In this document: positions 30,259 through 40,138 of the stretch, piece by piece
Numbering within the stretch: position 1 is the stretch's first letter
How the letters are laid out: each line of letters begins with the position of its first letter
DNA from: an uncultured Collinsella sp.
GTDB lineage: Bacteria; Actinomycetota; Coriobacteriia; Coriobacteriales; Coriobacteriaceae
DNA length: 64,000 bases
NCBI GenBank assembly: GCA_900758845.1
Contig: CAAESW010000068.1
Coordinates: forward strand, 7,647-71,646
Direction: 5' to 3'
Notes under the pieces: model-generated
Told to the model about the DNA's origin: nothing
Databases searched by the model: none
The model's input: only the letters and a program-made list of their open reading frames with translations
Made by a program: the position numbers and the translations under genes

Positions 30259-32916
30259 ATGAGTGCTGACTACCCGTCAATGACTACGGCCGAGATCCGC
30301 TCCAAGTTCCTCAACTTCTTTGAGGAGCGCGGTCTTAAGCTCTATCCTTCTTCGTCCCTCGTCCCCGATGATCCCTCGCTGCTGCTTGCCAACGCCGGCA
30401 TGAACCAGTTTAAGGAGTACTACCAGGGCAAAAAGACCATGAAGGAGATCGGCGCGATCTCTTGCCAGAAGTGCGTTCGCACCAACGACATCGATTGCAT
30501 CGGCGAGGACGGCCGTCACCTGTCCTTCTTCGAGATGCTCGGCGACTTCTCTTTCGGCGGCGTCTCCAAGGAGCAGGCTTGCGCCTGGGCCTTTGAGCTC
30601 ATCACCAAGGAGTTCAAGCTGCCGCTCGACCGCCTGTACTTTACCGTCTTTACCGAGGACGACGAGACCCACGACGTGTGGCGTTCTCTGGGCGTTGCCG
30701 AGGACCACATCTCCCGCCTGGGTGAGGACGACAACTTCTGGGCCGCTGGCCCCACCGGTCCCTGCGGTCCGTGCTCCGAGATCTATTTTGACATGGGCGA
30801 GGAGGTCGGCTGCGGCAGCCCCGACTGCAAGCCCGGCTGCGACTGCGACCGCTTCCTTGAGTTCTGGAACCTCGTGTTTACCCAGTACGACCGTCAGGAG
30901 GACGGCTCCATGCCGGAGCTGCCGCACCGCAACCTCGATACGGGCATGGGCCTGGAGCGCATGGCTGCCATCATGCAGCACAAGACCGCCAATTACGACG
31001 GCGATCTGATGCAGCACCTCATCAAGCTGGGCGAGGAGATCAGCGGCAAGACCTATGACGCCGACGATTACTCCGGCGCCAGCCGTTCTCTTCGCATCAT
31101 CGCCGACCACTCCCGTGCCGTCGACTTCATGATCTCTGACGGCATCCTGCCCGGTAACGAGGGTCGCGAGTACGTCCTTCGCCGCCTGCTCCGCCGCGCC
31201 GTGTTCCACGGTCGCCTACTGGGCATCGAGGGCGCCTTCCTGACCAAGTTCATCGACGAGGTCAACGCTCAGATGGGCGAGGCCTACCCCGAGCTGCTCA
31301 AGAACGTCGCGCTCGTTAAGGGTATCGTCGCCTCCGAGGAGGAGCGCTTCTCCACGACGCTCGACAACGGTCGCGTCTACCTGGATGAGGCCCTGGCAGC
31401 GCTTGCCGAGGGTGCTGCGCTTCCGGGCGATGTTGCCTTTAAGCTGCACGACACCTTTGGTTTCCCCATCGACCTGACCGTCGAGATCGCCGGCACCGCT
31501 GGTCACGACGTCGACATGGACGGCTTCACTGCCTGCATGGAGGACCAGAAGGCCCGCGCTCGTGCCAACGCCAAGGGCGATGCCTGGGGCAGCTTCAACG
31601 ACGTGTGGGTCGAGCTTTCCGACAAGGTCGCTGCGACCGATTTCGATGGCTATGACAACGACGTCATCGAGGGCGCCAAGGTAGTCGCCATCGTTCGCAA
31701 CGGCGAGTCCGTCGAGTCCGCTGCCGCCGGCGAGGACGTCGAGGTCGTGCTCGACCGCACCCCGTTCTATGCCGAGATGGGTGGCCAGCAAGGCGATGCC
31801 GGCAAGCTTTCCGCTGAGGGCGTTGTTCTGACCGTTGCCGACACCAAGAACCACAACGGCCTGTATGCCCACGTCGCGCACGTTGCCGATGGTACGCTGA
31901 CTGTCGGTGCCGATGTTACCGCCGCGCTCGACGCTGAGCGCCGTGGCTTCCTGCGCCGCAACCACACCGCCACGCACCTGCTCGACGCTGCCCTTAAGCA
32001 GGTCCTGGGCGAGCACGTCTCCCAGGCCGGCTCGCTGGTGACGCCCGAGCACCTGCGCTTTGACTTTACGCACTTCGAGGCTCTGTCCTTCGAGCAGCTC
32101 AAGGCTGTCGAGGACCTGGTCAACCAGCAGATCTTCGCTTCCAAGCCGGTCGTGACCCGTGTCATGGGCATCGACGAGGCTAAGGCTGCCGGCGCTGTCG
32201 CTCTGTTTGGAGAGAAGTACGGCGATGTCGTCCGCGTCGTCTCCGTGGGCGCCGAGGACCAGCCGTTCTCCCGCGAGCTCTGTGGTGGCACCCATGCCGC
32301 CAATACCGCCGAGATTGGCCTGTTCAAGATCATTTCCGAGTCCTCCACGGGCTCCAATGTCCGCCGTATCGAGGCCGTTACCTCTAAGGGTGCCCTCGAC
32401 TACATGGCCGACCGCCTGGCGCTCGTTGACGCCGCCGCCGCTGCGCTCAAGTGCCGCGTCGACGAGGTTCCCGCCCGCGTGGAGAACCTGCAGGCCGAGC
32501 TGCGCGAGACGTCCAACAAGCTCAAAAAGGCTCTGACCGGTGGCTCCTCCGACGCCATTTCCAGTGCCATCGAGGGTGCTGTCGAGCTCGGCGGCTACAA
32601 GCTAGTCGTCGCTGAGCTCCAGGGCCTTGAGGCTGCCGACCTGCGCAACGTATGGGATACCGTGCATCAGAAGGTCGCCGGCCCTGTCGCTTGTGTCGTC
32701 GCCAGCGTGACTGAGAAGGGCACTCCGGCCCTGCTCGCTGCCGGCTCCGATGACGCCGTCAAGGCCGGTTTCCACGCCGGTAACGTGATCAAGCAGATCG
32801 CGGGTCTGGTCGACGGTCGCGGTGGCGGTCGTCCCAACATGGCCCAGGCCGGTGGCAAGAATGCTGCCGGCATCGCCGAAGCCCTCGCGGCCGCTAAGAC
32901 CGCGCTCGGCGCCTAA
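30259..32916 (+). CDS. alaS: Alanine--tRNA ligase
   Basis: NAGMNQFK, GPCGPCSEI, DTGMGLER, NHTATHLL, ELCGGTH, GGGRPNMAQAGG; GAGGAG RBS. Confidence 0.98.
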   Translation: MSADYPSMTTAEIRSKFLNFFEERGLKLYPSSSLVPDDPSLLLANAGMNQFKEYYQGKKTMKEIGAISCQKCVRTNDIDCIGEDGRHLSFFEMLGDFSFGGVSKEQACAWAFELITKEFKLPLDRLYFTVFTEDDETHDVWRSLGVAEDHISRLGEDDNFWAAGPTGPCGPCSEIYFDMGEEVGCGSPDCKPGCDCDRFLEFWNLVFTQYDRQEDGSMPELPHRNLDTGMGLERMAAIMQHKTANYDGDLMQHLIKLGEEISGKTYDADDYSGASRSLRIIADHSRAVDFMISDGILPGNEGREYVLRRLLRRAVFHGRLLGIEGAFLTKFIDEVNAQMGEAYPELLKNVALVKGIVASEEERFSTTLDNGRVYLDEALAALAEGAALPGDVAFKLHDTFGFPIDLTVEIAGTAGHDVDMDGFTACMEDQKARARANAKGDAWGSFNDVWVELSDKVAATDFDGYDNDVIEGAKVVAIVRNGESVESAAAGEDVEVVLDRTPFYAEMGGQQGDAGKLSAEGVVLTVADTKNHNGLYAHVAHVADGTLTVGADVTAALDAERRGFLRRNHTATHLLDAALKQVLGEHVSQAGSLVTPEHLRFDFTHFEALSFEQLKAVEDLVNQQIFASKPVVTRVMGIDEAKAAGAVALFGEKYGDVVRVVSVGAEDQPFSRELCGGTHAANTAEIGLFKIISESSTGSNVRRIEAVTSKGALDYMADRLALVDAAAAALKCRVDEVPARVENLQAELRETSNKLKKALTGGSSDAISSAIEGAVELGGYKLVVAELQGLEAADLRNVWDTVHQKVAGPVACVVASVTEKGTPALLAAGSDDAVKAGFHAGNVIKQIAGLVDGRGGGRPNMAQAGGKNAAGIAEALAAAKTALGA

Positions 32917-32933
32917 GAATCTAAGAAGTCGCT

Positions 32934-33362
32934 GTGGTTGCGCTCGCGCTGGACATAGGGGAGACCAGGATTGGCATCGCCGTCTCGAGCCGTGATGGCA
33001 AGATGGCGATGCCTGTCAAGGTGCTTCCGGCTGCCGAGGTCACCGGTATGGCCAAGACGTTCCGCTACCTGGTTGAGGACTATGAGCCCGACATCCTGGT
33101 AAGCGGACGTCCCCTGACCATGGCCGGTGAGCCCGGCCCTCAGGCCGAGTGCGTTGCCGCTGTGGCGCAAAAGATTGCCGACGAGCTCGATCTTCCGCTG
33201 GAGTTTGAGGACGAGCGTCTGTCCTCGCAAGAGGCCAAGCGTATCCTGCGTGAGCAGGGACTCAACGAAAAGCAGATGAGGGGCAAGATCGACATGATTG
33301 CCGCCAGCCTGTTTTTGCAGACGTGGCTCGATCGTAAAAACGAGGAGGTTTCGCATGCCTAG
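32934..33362 (+). CDS. ruvX: YqgF/RuvX pre-16S rRNA nuclease
   Basis: LALDIGETRIGIAVS, DERLSS, ID..AA..FLQ; alaS-ruvX-mltG synteny. Confidence 0.93.
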   Translation: MVALALDIGETRIGIAVSSRDGKMAMPVKVLPAAEVTGMAKTFRYLVEDYEPDILVSGRPLTMAGEPGPQAECVAAVAQKIADELDLPLEFEDERLSSQEAKRILREQGLNEKQMRGKIDMIAASLFLQTWLDRKNEEVSHA

Positions 33363-34788
33363 CGCTTCCGATCCGCGCCAGCAGAATCGTACACGGCAGC
33401 CGGCGTCGCGCCCTGCCCAGCCTGGCCAGCGTCCGGCACAGCCGACGCAGCGCGCAGCTCAGCCTGCCGCGCGCCCGGTGCAGTCCTTCTCTCATTCGGC
33501 CCAACCTGTTCAACGGACGGGTCAGCAGCCTTCTGCTCGTTCGGTTCAGCATTCGGCTTCTCACGCGGCTCAGCAGCCCACTGCTCGTACGGCCCAGCCT
33601 GCAGGCGGTACCCGCTTTAAGCAGCAGGCACCTACCCAGCGAACTCAGCCCCCCCAATCGCATTCGCATCACGCTCGCGGTTCGCATGGCGTTGCTCCGG
33701 CGACCCGCTCGAGTTACAACACGCATTCTCGTCGCGGTGCTCAAAAGAAGGGTTCTCCGGTTCCCGTGATCATCGGCGTTGTGGTGGCGGTGCTTGCGCT
33801 TGTCGCGATCGTTTTCTTTGTCGTGCCAGCCGTCAAGGGCTTCTTTGGCGGTGAGGATGCGAAAGTCGCTGCTGGCCAGCAAGTTACTATCACGATTCCC
33901 GACGGTGCCTCGGGCGATACTATCGCCTCGATTCTCTCCGAGAACCATATCGTCGAAAATCCCAAGGATTATTATGCGGCGGTGAAAAAGCTCAACGCCG
34001 ATATGTCGCTCAAGCCTGGTACTTATTCGTTCACCACACTCATGGATGCGACCAAGGTTGTTCAGCAGCTCATGGAAGGCCCCAACGCGGGTTCCAATGC
34101 GCTGACTATCCCTGAGGGCCTAACGGTCGATCAAGTCGCCGACCGTGTGGCCCAGGCCTACGACAGCATCTCTAAGGAAGACTTCCTCAACCAGGCCAAG
34201 GCCTCCAACTACGTGGACGACTATAGCTTCCTTAAGGGCGCCGCCAACGACTCGCTCGAGGGCTTCTTGTTCCCAAAGACTTATTCGTTGGGTGATTCGC
34301 CGACGGCCGATGACGTGGTTCGCGCTATGCTCGATCAGTTTAAGACTGAGTACAAGTCGCTTGACTTTGCGAGCTGCGAAGCCAAGATCAAGGAACGCTA
34401 CGGCGTGGAGATGTCCGACTACGACATCGTCAACTTGGCCTCTATCGTTGAGCGCGAGGGCCTCAACGCCGATCAACGTGCGCACGTGGCCTCGGTCTTC
34501 TACAACCGCCTTGCCGGCAAGCTCGACGGTCTGCGCTATCTCAACAGCGATGCGACCATGATGTATGTCACCGGTGGCGAGGTTACCGCCGACGACCTGC
34601 AGAGCGATAGTCCGTATAACACCTATAAACACGAGGGTCTGCCGCCCACGCCCATCTGCTCTCCGTCGCTCGAGGCACTCAAGGCCACGCTTGAGCCGAC
34701 CGACTCCGAGGACCTGTATTTCTACATTACGCAGGACGAGGAGTACTTCTCGCAAACCTACGAAGAGCATCAACAGTCTTGGAATTAA
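33355..34788 (+). CDS. mltG: Endolytic transglycosylase MltG with long Q/P/A-rich N-terminal cytoplasmic extension
   Basis: TM helix then TIPEG, LEGFLFPKTY, LASIVERE, SPYNTY..GLPPTPI. Confidence 0.93.
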   Translation: MPSASDPRQQNRTRQPASRPAQPGQRPAQPTQRAAQPAARPVQSFSHSAQPVQRTGQQPSARSVQHSASHAAQQPTARTAQPAGGTRFKQQAPTQRTQPPQSHSHHARGSHGVAPATRSSYNTHSRRGAQKKGSPVPVIIGVVVAVLALVAIVFFVVPAVKGFFGGEDAKVAAGQQVTITIPDGASGDTIASILSENHIVENPKDYYAAVKKLNADMSLKPGTYSFTTLMDATKVVQQLMEGPNAGSNALTIPEGLTVDQVADRVAQAYDSISKEDFLNQAKASNYVDDYSFLKGAANDSLEGFLFPKTYSLGDSPTADDVVRAMLDQFKTEYKSLDFASCEAKIKERYGVEMSDYDIVNLASIVEREGLNADQRAHVASVFYNRLAGKLDGLRYLNSDATMMYVTGGEVTADDLQSDSPYNTYKHEGLPPTPICSPSLEALKATLEPTDSEDLYFYITQDEEYFSQTYEEHQQSWN

Positions 34789-34789
34789 C

Positions 34790-35287
34790 ATGAGGATTTT
34801 TAGCCCCAAACGATACGTTGCCTCGGTCGATCGCATCGACCTTGATACCCTGTGGGCCGACGGTAAACGCGCCATTCTGCTCGATCGCGATAACACCCTC
34901 GTGCCGCGCGACACCGAGCAGGTTCCCACCGCGGTTTCCGCTTGGCTCGACGCCGCCCGCGCCAAAGGTTTTAAGCTGTGCATGGTGTCCAACAACTGGC
35001 ATCGCGACCAGGTCATGAGCTCTGCACGCGAGCTGGGACTCGAGGCCATCAGCCACGCCATGAAGCCGGCGCCGTTTGCCCTCAAGGCGGGTCTTAAGCG
35101 CCTCGGCGCCACGGTCGACGAGGCGGTGCTGATCGGTGATCAGCTCTACACTGACGTGTGGAGCGGTAATTTCGCCGGCGTCGATACCATCCTGGTAAAG
35201 CCGCAGGCGACGCAGGACCTGTGGTATACGCAGATCTTCCGTATCTTTGAGCGCCGGGCCCTGCGCGACCTTCCCTGCGAGGAATAG
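34790..35287 (+). CDS. YqeG-family HAD IIIA phosphatase
   Basis: LDRDNTL, VSNN, AMKP and IGDQLYTD motifs. Confidence 0.9.
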   Translation: MRIFSPKRYVASVDRIDLDTLWADGKRAILLDRDNTLVPRDTEQVPTAVSAWLDAARAKGFKLCMVSNNWHRDQVMSSARELGLEAISHAMKPAPFALKAGLKRLGATVDEAVLIGDQLYTDVWSGNFAGVDTILVKPQATQDLWYTQIFRIFERRALRDLPCEE

Positions 35288-35295
35288 GTCCCGCT

Positions 35296-35829
35296 ATGTC
35301 CCAGCACACCAAACACGGCTGCGACCATATCTTCTTTATCGGCTTTTTGGGCGCGGGCAAATCGACGCTCGCGCGCAACGTCGGCACTATGTTCAAGCGG
35401 CGTTTTATCGATACCGATCGCCTGGTCGTGCGCCGTTGCGGCAAGTCGGTAACCGAGATTTTTGAGACCGAGGGCGAGGATCGTTTTCGCGAGCTCGAGA
35501 CCTCGGCGCTCCGTTCGCTCCAAAGTGAGCGCAGCCTGTTGGTTTCGTGCGGGGGCGGCATTGTCGAGACGCCGGTGAATATTGAGCTGATGCACGAAAT
35601 GGGTACGTGCGTGTACCTCGAGGGTGACTTCGAGGATTCGATTCGCCAGATTCGTCGGTCCGACACGCGCCCCGATTTTCGCTCTCCCGAGCATGCCGCG
35701 CGCCTGTTTGAGCATCGCCGTCCGCTGTATCGCCAGGCCGCCGACCTTACCCTTGATATTCGCAACAAGTCCTTCGAGGACGTTTCCTACCTTTGTGCCG
35801 AGATGCTTTTGGAGCGTGGGCTGCTATGA
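35296..35829 (+). CDS. aroK: Shikimate kinase
   Basis: GFLGAGKST P-loop, DTD, GEDRFRELE, CGGG, RRPLY. Confidence 0.92.
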   Translation: MSQHTKHGCDHIFFIGFLGAGKSTLARNVGTMFKRRFIDTDRLVVRRCGKSVTEIFETEGEDRFRELETSALRSLQSERSLLVSCGGGIVETPVNIELMHEMGTCVYLEGDFEDSIRQIRRSDTRPDFRSPEHAARLFEHRRPLYRQAADLTLDIRNKSFEDVSYLCAEMLLERGLL

Positions 35830-36935
35830 TTCGCCGTCAACTGATCAATTTCCAAAACCGCAGCGTCGATGTCCGTGTCGGATTGGGTGCGTTCGATGAA
35901 CTGTCGCGTTTGTTTGCCTCGGCCGTGGGCAAGCCTAAGCGCGCGATGGTCGTTTGGAACACCGCCACATCCGAGCGTTTTGGTGAGGTCGTCGAGCATG
36001 CGCTGGTCGACGCCGGTTTTGCCGTGTCGCCGCTAGTCCTCGAGGTTTCGCCTGCTGGTGCCACGCTGGCCGATGCTGATGCTATCTTTGGCGCCCTGTC
36101 TGCCAACGGCGTTACCTGCGACGATCTGGTTGTCGCCGTTGGCGATGCCGCAACCTGCTCGGTTGTTAGCTGGTGCGCCAACCAGTGGTGCGGCCGAACC
36201 GAGTGCGCGCTGTTGCCGACGACCTTCGACGCCATGCTCACGGTCGCGACGACCATGAAGCCGCTCGTCGCCTCGTCGGCCAATGCGCTTCCCGCTATCG
36301 CGTTCCGTCCCGAACCGGGCTTGGTCGTGTGTGACCTCGACCTTGTTCGTGAGGCGGATCCCGAGGACCTCAAGCTCGGCTTTGTGGTGCTTGTTGGCAC
36401 CATGCTTTCGAGCAGTAAGTCCCGCTGGAATCAGTTTACTGAGACCGTCCCCGAGATTCTCGCGGGCGAGGAGGTCGCGCTCGTTAATGCCGTTCAATGG
36501 TCTCAGACTGCCCGTAAGGACGTACTGATGGCCATGAACCCGAGCGCCCGCCATGCGCTCGATTTTGGCAAGACGGGGGAGCGTACCCTGCGCGCTTGCT
36601 TGGGCGATGCCGCTTCGCAGGTCCCTGCCTATCAGCTGTTATCCGAGGGCATGCGCTTTGAGGCGCGCCTAGCACATGATGCCTGCGACTTCGATATCGA
36701 TCACGTCTTTGAGGTCGATGACTGCCTGGAGGACTTTGGTATCGAGGAGCTTGCCTTCGACCTGGAGCCCACCGCGTTTATCGAGGAGTTCCGCAAGCAG
36801 CAGTTCGCTCGCTCGAATCGCAGCATGCTGCCGCTGCCCGCGGCGCTCGGCGCCATTCGTCTAACGAGCGTTGAGGACGAGGTTCTTGAGCGCCACGCTC
36901 ATGCCTACTTGGCTTCTCGCAAAGAACTTCTCTAA
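35826..36935 (+). CDS. 3-dehydroquinate synthase-like protein with degenerate active site
   Basis: AroB scaffold (PTT, P.LVVCD, R..LDFG) at the aroK-aroB position; NAD-binding and metal-ligand motifs are substituted. Confidence 0.75.
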   Translation: MIRRQLINFQNRSVDVRVGLGAFDELSRLFASAVGKPKRAMVVWNTATSERFGEVVEHALVDAGFAVSPLVLEVSPAGATLADADAIFGALSANGVTCDDLVVAVGDAATCSVVSWCANQWCGRTECALLPTTFDAMLTVATTMKPLVASSANALPAIAFRPEPGLVVCDLDLVREADPEDLKLGFVVLVGTMLSSSKSRWNQFTETVPEILAGEEVALVNAVQWSQTARKDVLMAMNPSARHALDFGKTGERTLRACLGDAASQVPAYQLLSEGMRFEARLAHDACDFDIDHVFEVDDCLEDFGIEELAFDLEPTAFIEEFRKQQFARSNRSMLPLPAALGAIRLTSVEDEVLERHAHAYLASRKELL

Positions 36936-37067
36936 GATTTATTGACATCCATCGTCTTTCGTATCATGTTGAGGGGCGGGTTTTCAATCGGTTGCGGATC
37001 GCATACGATTCCGTACGTTGATTGAGACCCGTCCCGTCTTTATAGAGACAATAAGAAAGGAATCTGC

Positions 37068-38198
37068 ATGTCTGAGTTTGCTGCCGGTCCTGCCGGTCGT
37101 ATCGAACGTGTCCGTGCCCTGATGGCTGAGCGCGGTTACGACGCTATCGTGGTGCGCGACGAGGCCAATCTTCGTTGGCTCACGGGCGTGAAGGGCGTCT
37201 TCGACTACACCTTCGAGTTCCCGCACGCTGCGTTTATTACGGCCGACCAGTGCCTGTTCCACACCGACTCGCGCTACCTCAACAGCTTTGAGGAGAACAC
37301 GCCCGCCGGCAGCCCCTGGGTCTACGACATGGACGAGGGCACCATCCCCGGTTGGGTCGCCGGCAAGATTGCGGCCAACAAGTGCCGCGTCTGCGCTGTC
37401 GAGGACGATATGCAGATTAATTTCTACCAGGGCATTCAGCGCGGCCTGGAGGACCGCTCCGTCGCCTGCATGCTGCCGCTGATGCACGACGACATCCGCA
37501 AGATGCGCGCCATCAAGGACGCCGAGGAGATCGAGCTCATGCGCCACGCACAGTCGATCACCGACGCCGCCTTCCAGCACATGCTCGGGTTTATTAAGCC
37601 CGGTATGACCGAGAAGCAGGTTCGCAACGAGCTCGAGAACTTTATGTTCGCCAACGGCGCCGATAGCCTTGCCTTTGGCTCCATCGTGGCGAGCGGTCCC
37701 AACACCGCCAACCCGCATGCCGTGCCGAGCGACCGCGTGATCGAGAAGGGCGATTTCGTTCTTATGGATTACGGCGCGGGCTACTGTGATTACCGCTCCG
37801 ACATGACACGCACCGTCGTGATGGGCGAGCCCACGCAGGAGCAGCTCGACCTGTACGCACTCGTGCGCCGCACGCACGAGGAATGCGTCGCCGCCATCCA
37901 TCCGGGCGTCGAGGGCAACGACATTTTCAAGCTTTCCAAGAAGATTATCGGCGATGCCGGCTATGGCGATTATTACAACCATGGTCTGGGTCACGGCGTG
38001 GGCATCGACATCCATGAGCTGCCCAACTTCAACCGCAGCAAGAACACCATCGAGGTCGGCTCGGTTGTCACCATGGAGCCCGGCGTCTACCTGCCCGGTG
38101 TGGGCGGCGTGCGTCTGGAGGACTACGGCGTGGTCACCGAGAACGGCTACGAGCCCTTCACCAAGACCCCGCACGACCTGCACGTCATCGATTGCTAG
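37068..38198 (+). CDS. Xaa-Pro aminopeptidase (M24 family)
   Basis: TDSRY, RAIKD.EEI, YRSDMTRT, HGLGHGVGIDIHE, TMEPGVY, GVRLED. Confidence 0.94.
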   Translation: MSEFAAGPAGRIERVRALMAERGYDAIVVRDEANLRWLTGVKGVFDYTFEFPHAAFITADQCLFHTDSRYLNSFEENTPAGSPWVYDMDEGTIPGWVAGKIAANKCRVCAVEDDMQINFYQGIQRGLEDRSVACMLPLMHDDIRKMRAIKDAEEIELMRHAQSITDAAFQHMLGFIKPGMTEKQVRNELENFMFANGADSLAFGSIVASGPNTANPHAVPSDRVIEKGDFVLMDYGAGYCDYRSDMTRTVVMGEPTQEQLDLYALVRRTHEECVAAIHPGVEGNDIFKLSKKIIGDAGYGDYYNHGLGHGVGIDIHELPNFNRSKNTIEVGSVVTMEPGVYLPGVGGVRLEDYGVVTENGYEPFTKTPHDLHVIDC

Positions 38199-38220
38199 CC
38201 CATTTCGATAGATTTTTGGG

Positions 38221-38263
38221 GCGGGGCGTCCGGATCGATTCGGACGCCCCGCGTTCTCTTTTT
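38221..38263 (+). terminator. Intrinsic terminator after the aminopeptidase gene
   Basis: gcggggcgtccg / cggacgccccgc followed by a T-rich tail. Confidence 0.7.
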
Positions 38264-38357
38264 ATGCGCTCGCTGCAGGCGCCGTCAGCAAGTGTATAAT
38301 TTCGGTCGTATGTAATTTGGACGCTTGTGCGTTCTGCCCATAACAAGAAAGGTCGCT

Positions 38358-38921
38358 ATGCCTACCATTTCTACCGCCGACTTCAAGAACGGCCTCGGTC
38401 TCCGCATTAAGGACAAGGTCTACACCATCGTCGAGTTCCAGCATGTCAAGCCGGGCAAGGGCGGCGCGTTTGTGCGCTACAAGACCCGCGACATCAAGAG
38501 CGGCCGCGTCGTCGAGAACACCTGCAACGCCGGCACCAAGTTCGAGAGCGTCATGCTCACCACCCGTGAGTTCCAGTATCTCTACAACGATGGCGCCGAC
38601 TACATCTTCATGGACAACGAGACCTATGAGCAGGTTCCCGTTCCCGAGGACATGGTGGGCGAGAACTCCAAGTGGCTGCGCGAGAACGACATTTGCCAGC
38701 TGCTCTTTGCCGACGATGAGCTCATGGGCGTGACTCCGCCGATGTTCATCGAGACCACCATCGTCCAAACCGACCCGGGCTTTAAGGGCGACACCGTCCA
38801 GGGTTCCACCAAGCCGGCCACGATCGACACCGGCGCTGTCATCCAGGTCCCCATGTACCTCAACGAGGGCGAGGTCATCAAGGTTGACACCCGCGACGGC
38901 AAGTTCGTCTCCCGCGTCTAG
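38358..38921 (+). CDS. efp: Elongation factor P
   Basis: HVKPGKGGAFV loop, PGFKGDT, KPA, VDTRDG. Confidence 0.97.
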   Translation: MPTISTADFKNGLGLRIKDKVYTIVEFQHVKPGKGGAFVRYKTRDIKSGRVVENTCNAGTKFESVMLTTREFQYLYNDGADYIFMDNETYEQVPVPEDMVGENSKWLRENDICQLLFADDELMGVTPPMFIETTIVQTDPGFKGDTVQGSTKPATIDTGAVIQVPMYLNEGEVIKVDTRDGKFVSRV

Positions 38922-38945
38922 CAACCAACTCTTCTAGGAGGACTC

Positions 38946-39308
38946 ATGCCCCAGGAAATCAAGATTGACGGCATCGGCATTTCGCCCGATGTTCTGACCG
39001 CCATCGTCTCGCGCGCCGTGTCGGATGTCGAGGGCATCGCCTCCGTTGGCGTCAAGGACCTTGCCACCAACCTTGTCTCCATGATGCTCTCGTCCAAGGC
39101 CCCGGCTTCGGAGCCGGCGGTCGAGGCCGAGGTCGTCGGCGACAAGCTCGCACTCACCGTGCGTGTCGTGGTGTTCTTTGGCTATCCGTTCAAGAAACTC
39201 GCCGAGGCCGTTCGCGCCGCCGTGGTCGCCGCCATCGATGCTCAGGTGGGCGTCGAGGTCGAGCGCGTTGACGTTTGCATTGACGGCCTCGTTTTCCCCA
39301 AGGAGTAA
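38946..39308 (+). CDS. Asp23/Gls24-family protein
   Basis: ISPDVL..IV..AV.DVEGI and C-terminal VERVDVCIDGL; efp-asp23-nusB synteny. Confidence 0.85.
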   Translation: MPQEIKIDGIGISPDVLTAIVSRAVSDVEGIASVGVKDLATNLVSMMLSSKAPASEPAVEAEVVGDKLALTVRVVVFFGYPFKKLAEAVRAAVVAAIDAQVGVEVERVDVCIDGLVFPKE

Positions 39309-39311
39309 CCT

Positions 39312-39896
39312 TTGAGCCTTAAGGTTTATCGCGGGCGCACGCTTGCCCGCAGTCAGGCGCTGCAGCTGCTGTTCCAGGCCGAGGCCACGGACAGCCCGCT
39401 TGAGCGCGTCCTCGAGGGCGATTTCCTGATCTCGAAGGGCCCCCTCGACCCCTATGCGCTTGAGCTTTGCCGTGGTGCCTACGAGCATATCGATCGCATC
39501 GACTGCGCTCTGCGCTCCGTTGCCAAGAACTGGGATCTTATGCGCATGCCCGGCGCCGACCGCAATCTGCTGCGTATCGCCGTTTACGAGATGCGTTTCC
39601 TCACCGATGAGGAGGTCTCGGACGCCATCGTAATCAACGAGGCCGTCGAGCTCGCCAAGGCCTATGGCACCGACCAGTCCGCTTCGTTCGTCAACGGCGT
39701 GCTGGGCAAGATCGCTCGCAGCGAGGAGCTGCCAGGCGAGGACCTGTACCAAGAGCTGCTGGCCGAAGATCGCGTTCGCGAGGAGGCACAGGCTGCCGAG
39801 GCTGCCGCCAAGGTTGCGGTTGCCCAGGCTGAGGCCGGCGTGCTGGCCGAGGATGCGGACGCCGCCGAGGCTGTTGTCGACTCCGTCGAGGAGTAG
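39312..39896 (+). CDS. nusB: Transcription antitermination factor NusB
   Basis: ARSQALQLLF, DRNLLR, INEAVELAK, FVNGVL. Confidence 0.95.
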   Translation: MSLKVYRGRTLARSQALQLLFQAEATDSPLERVLEGDFLISKGPLDPYALELCRGAYEHIDRIDCALRSVAKNWDLMRMPGADRNLLRIAVYEMRFLTDEEVSDAIVINEAVELAKAYGTDQSASFVNGVLGKIARSEELPGEDLYQELLAEDRVREEAQAAEAAAKVAVAQAEAGVLAEDADAAEAVVDSVEE

Positions 39897-39898
39897 CT

Positions 39899-40138
39899 AT
39901 GCCAGAGGGTTCCGTCCGCAACTTCGACGAGATCTCGGACCGCTTGGACCAGATCATCGCTACCGTTCGTTCCAAGGATACCTCCTTGGAGCGTTCGCTC
40001 GATTTGTTTGACGAGGCGATTGAGCTGGGCTCCCGCGCGGTCGATATGGTCGACAAGTTTGAGCTTACGCCGCGTGAGGCCGACAAGCTCGAGCAGGAAT
40101 ATGATGAGGATGCGGCAAACGAATCCCAGGATAGCTAG
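39899..40138 (+). CDS. xseB: Exodeoxyribonuclease VII small subunit
   Basis: FDE...RLDQII...SLERSLDLFDE helical pattern; position after nusB. Confidence 0.8.
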   Translation: MPEGSVRNFDEISDRLDQIIATVRSKDTSLERSLDLFDEAIELGSRAVDMVDKFELTPREADKLEQEYDEDAANESQDS

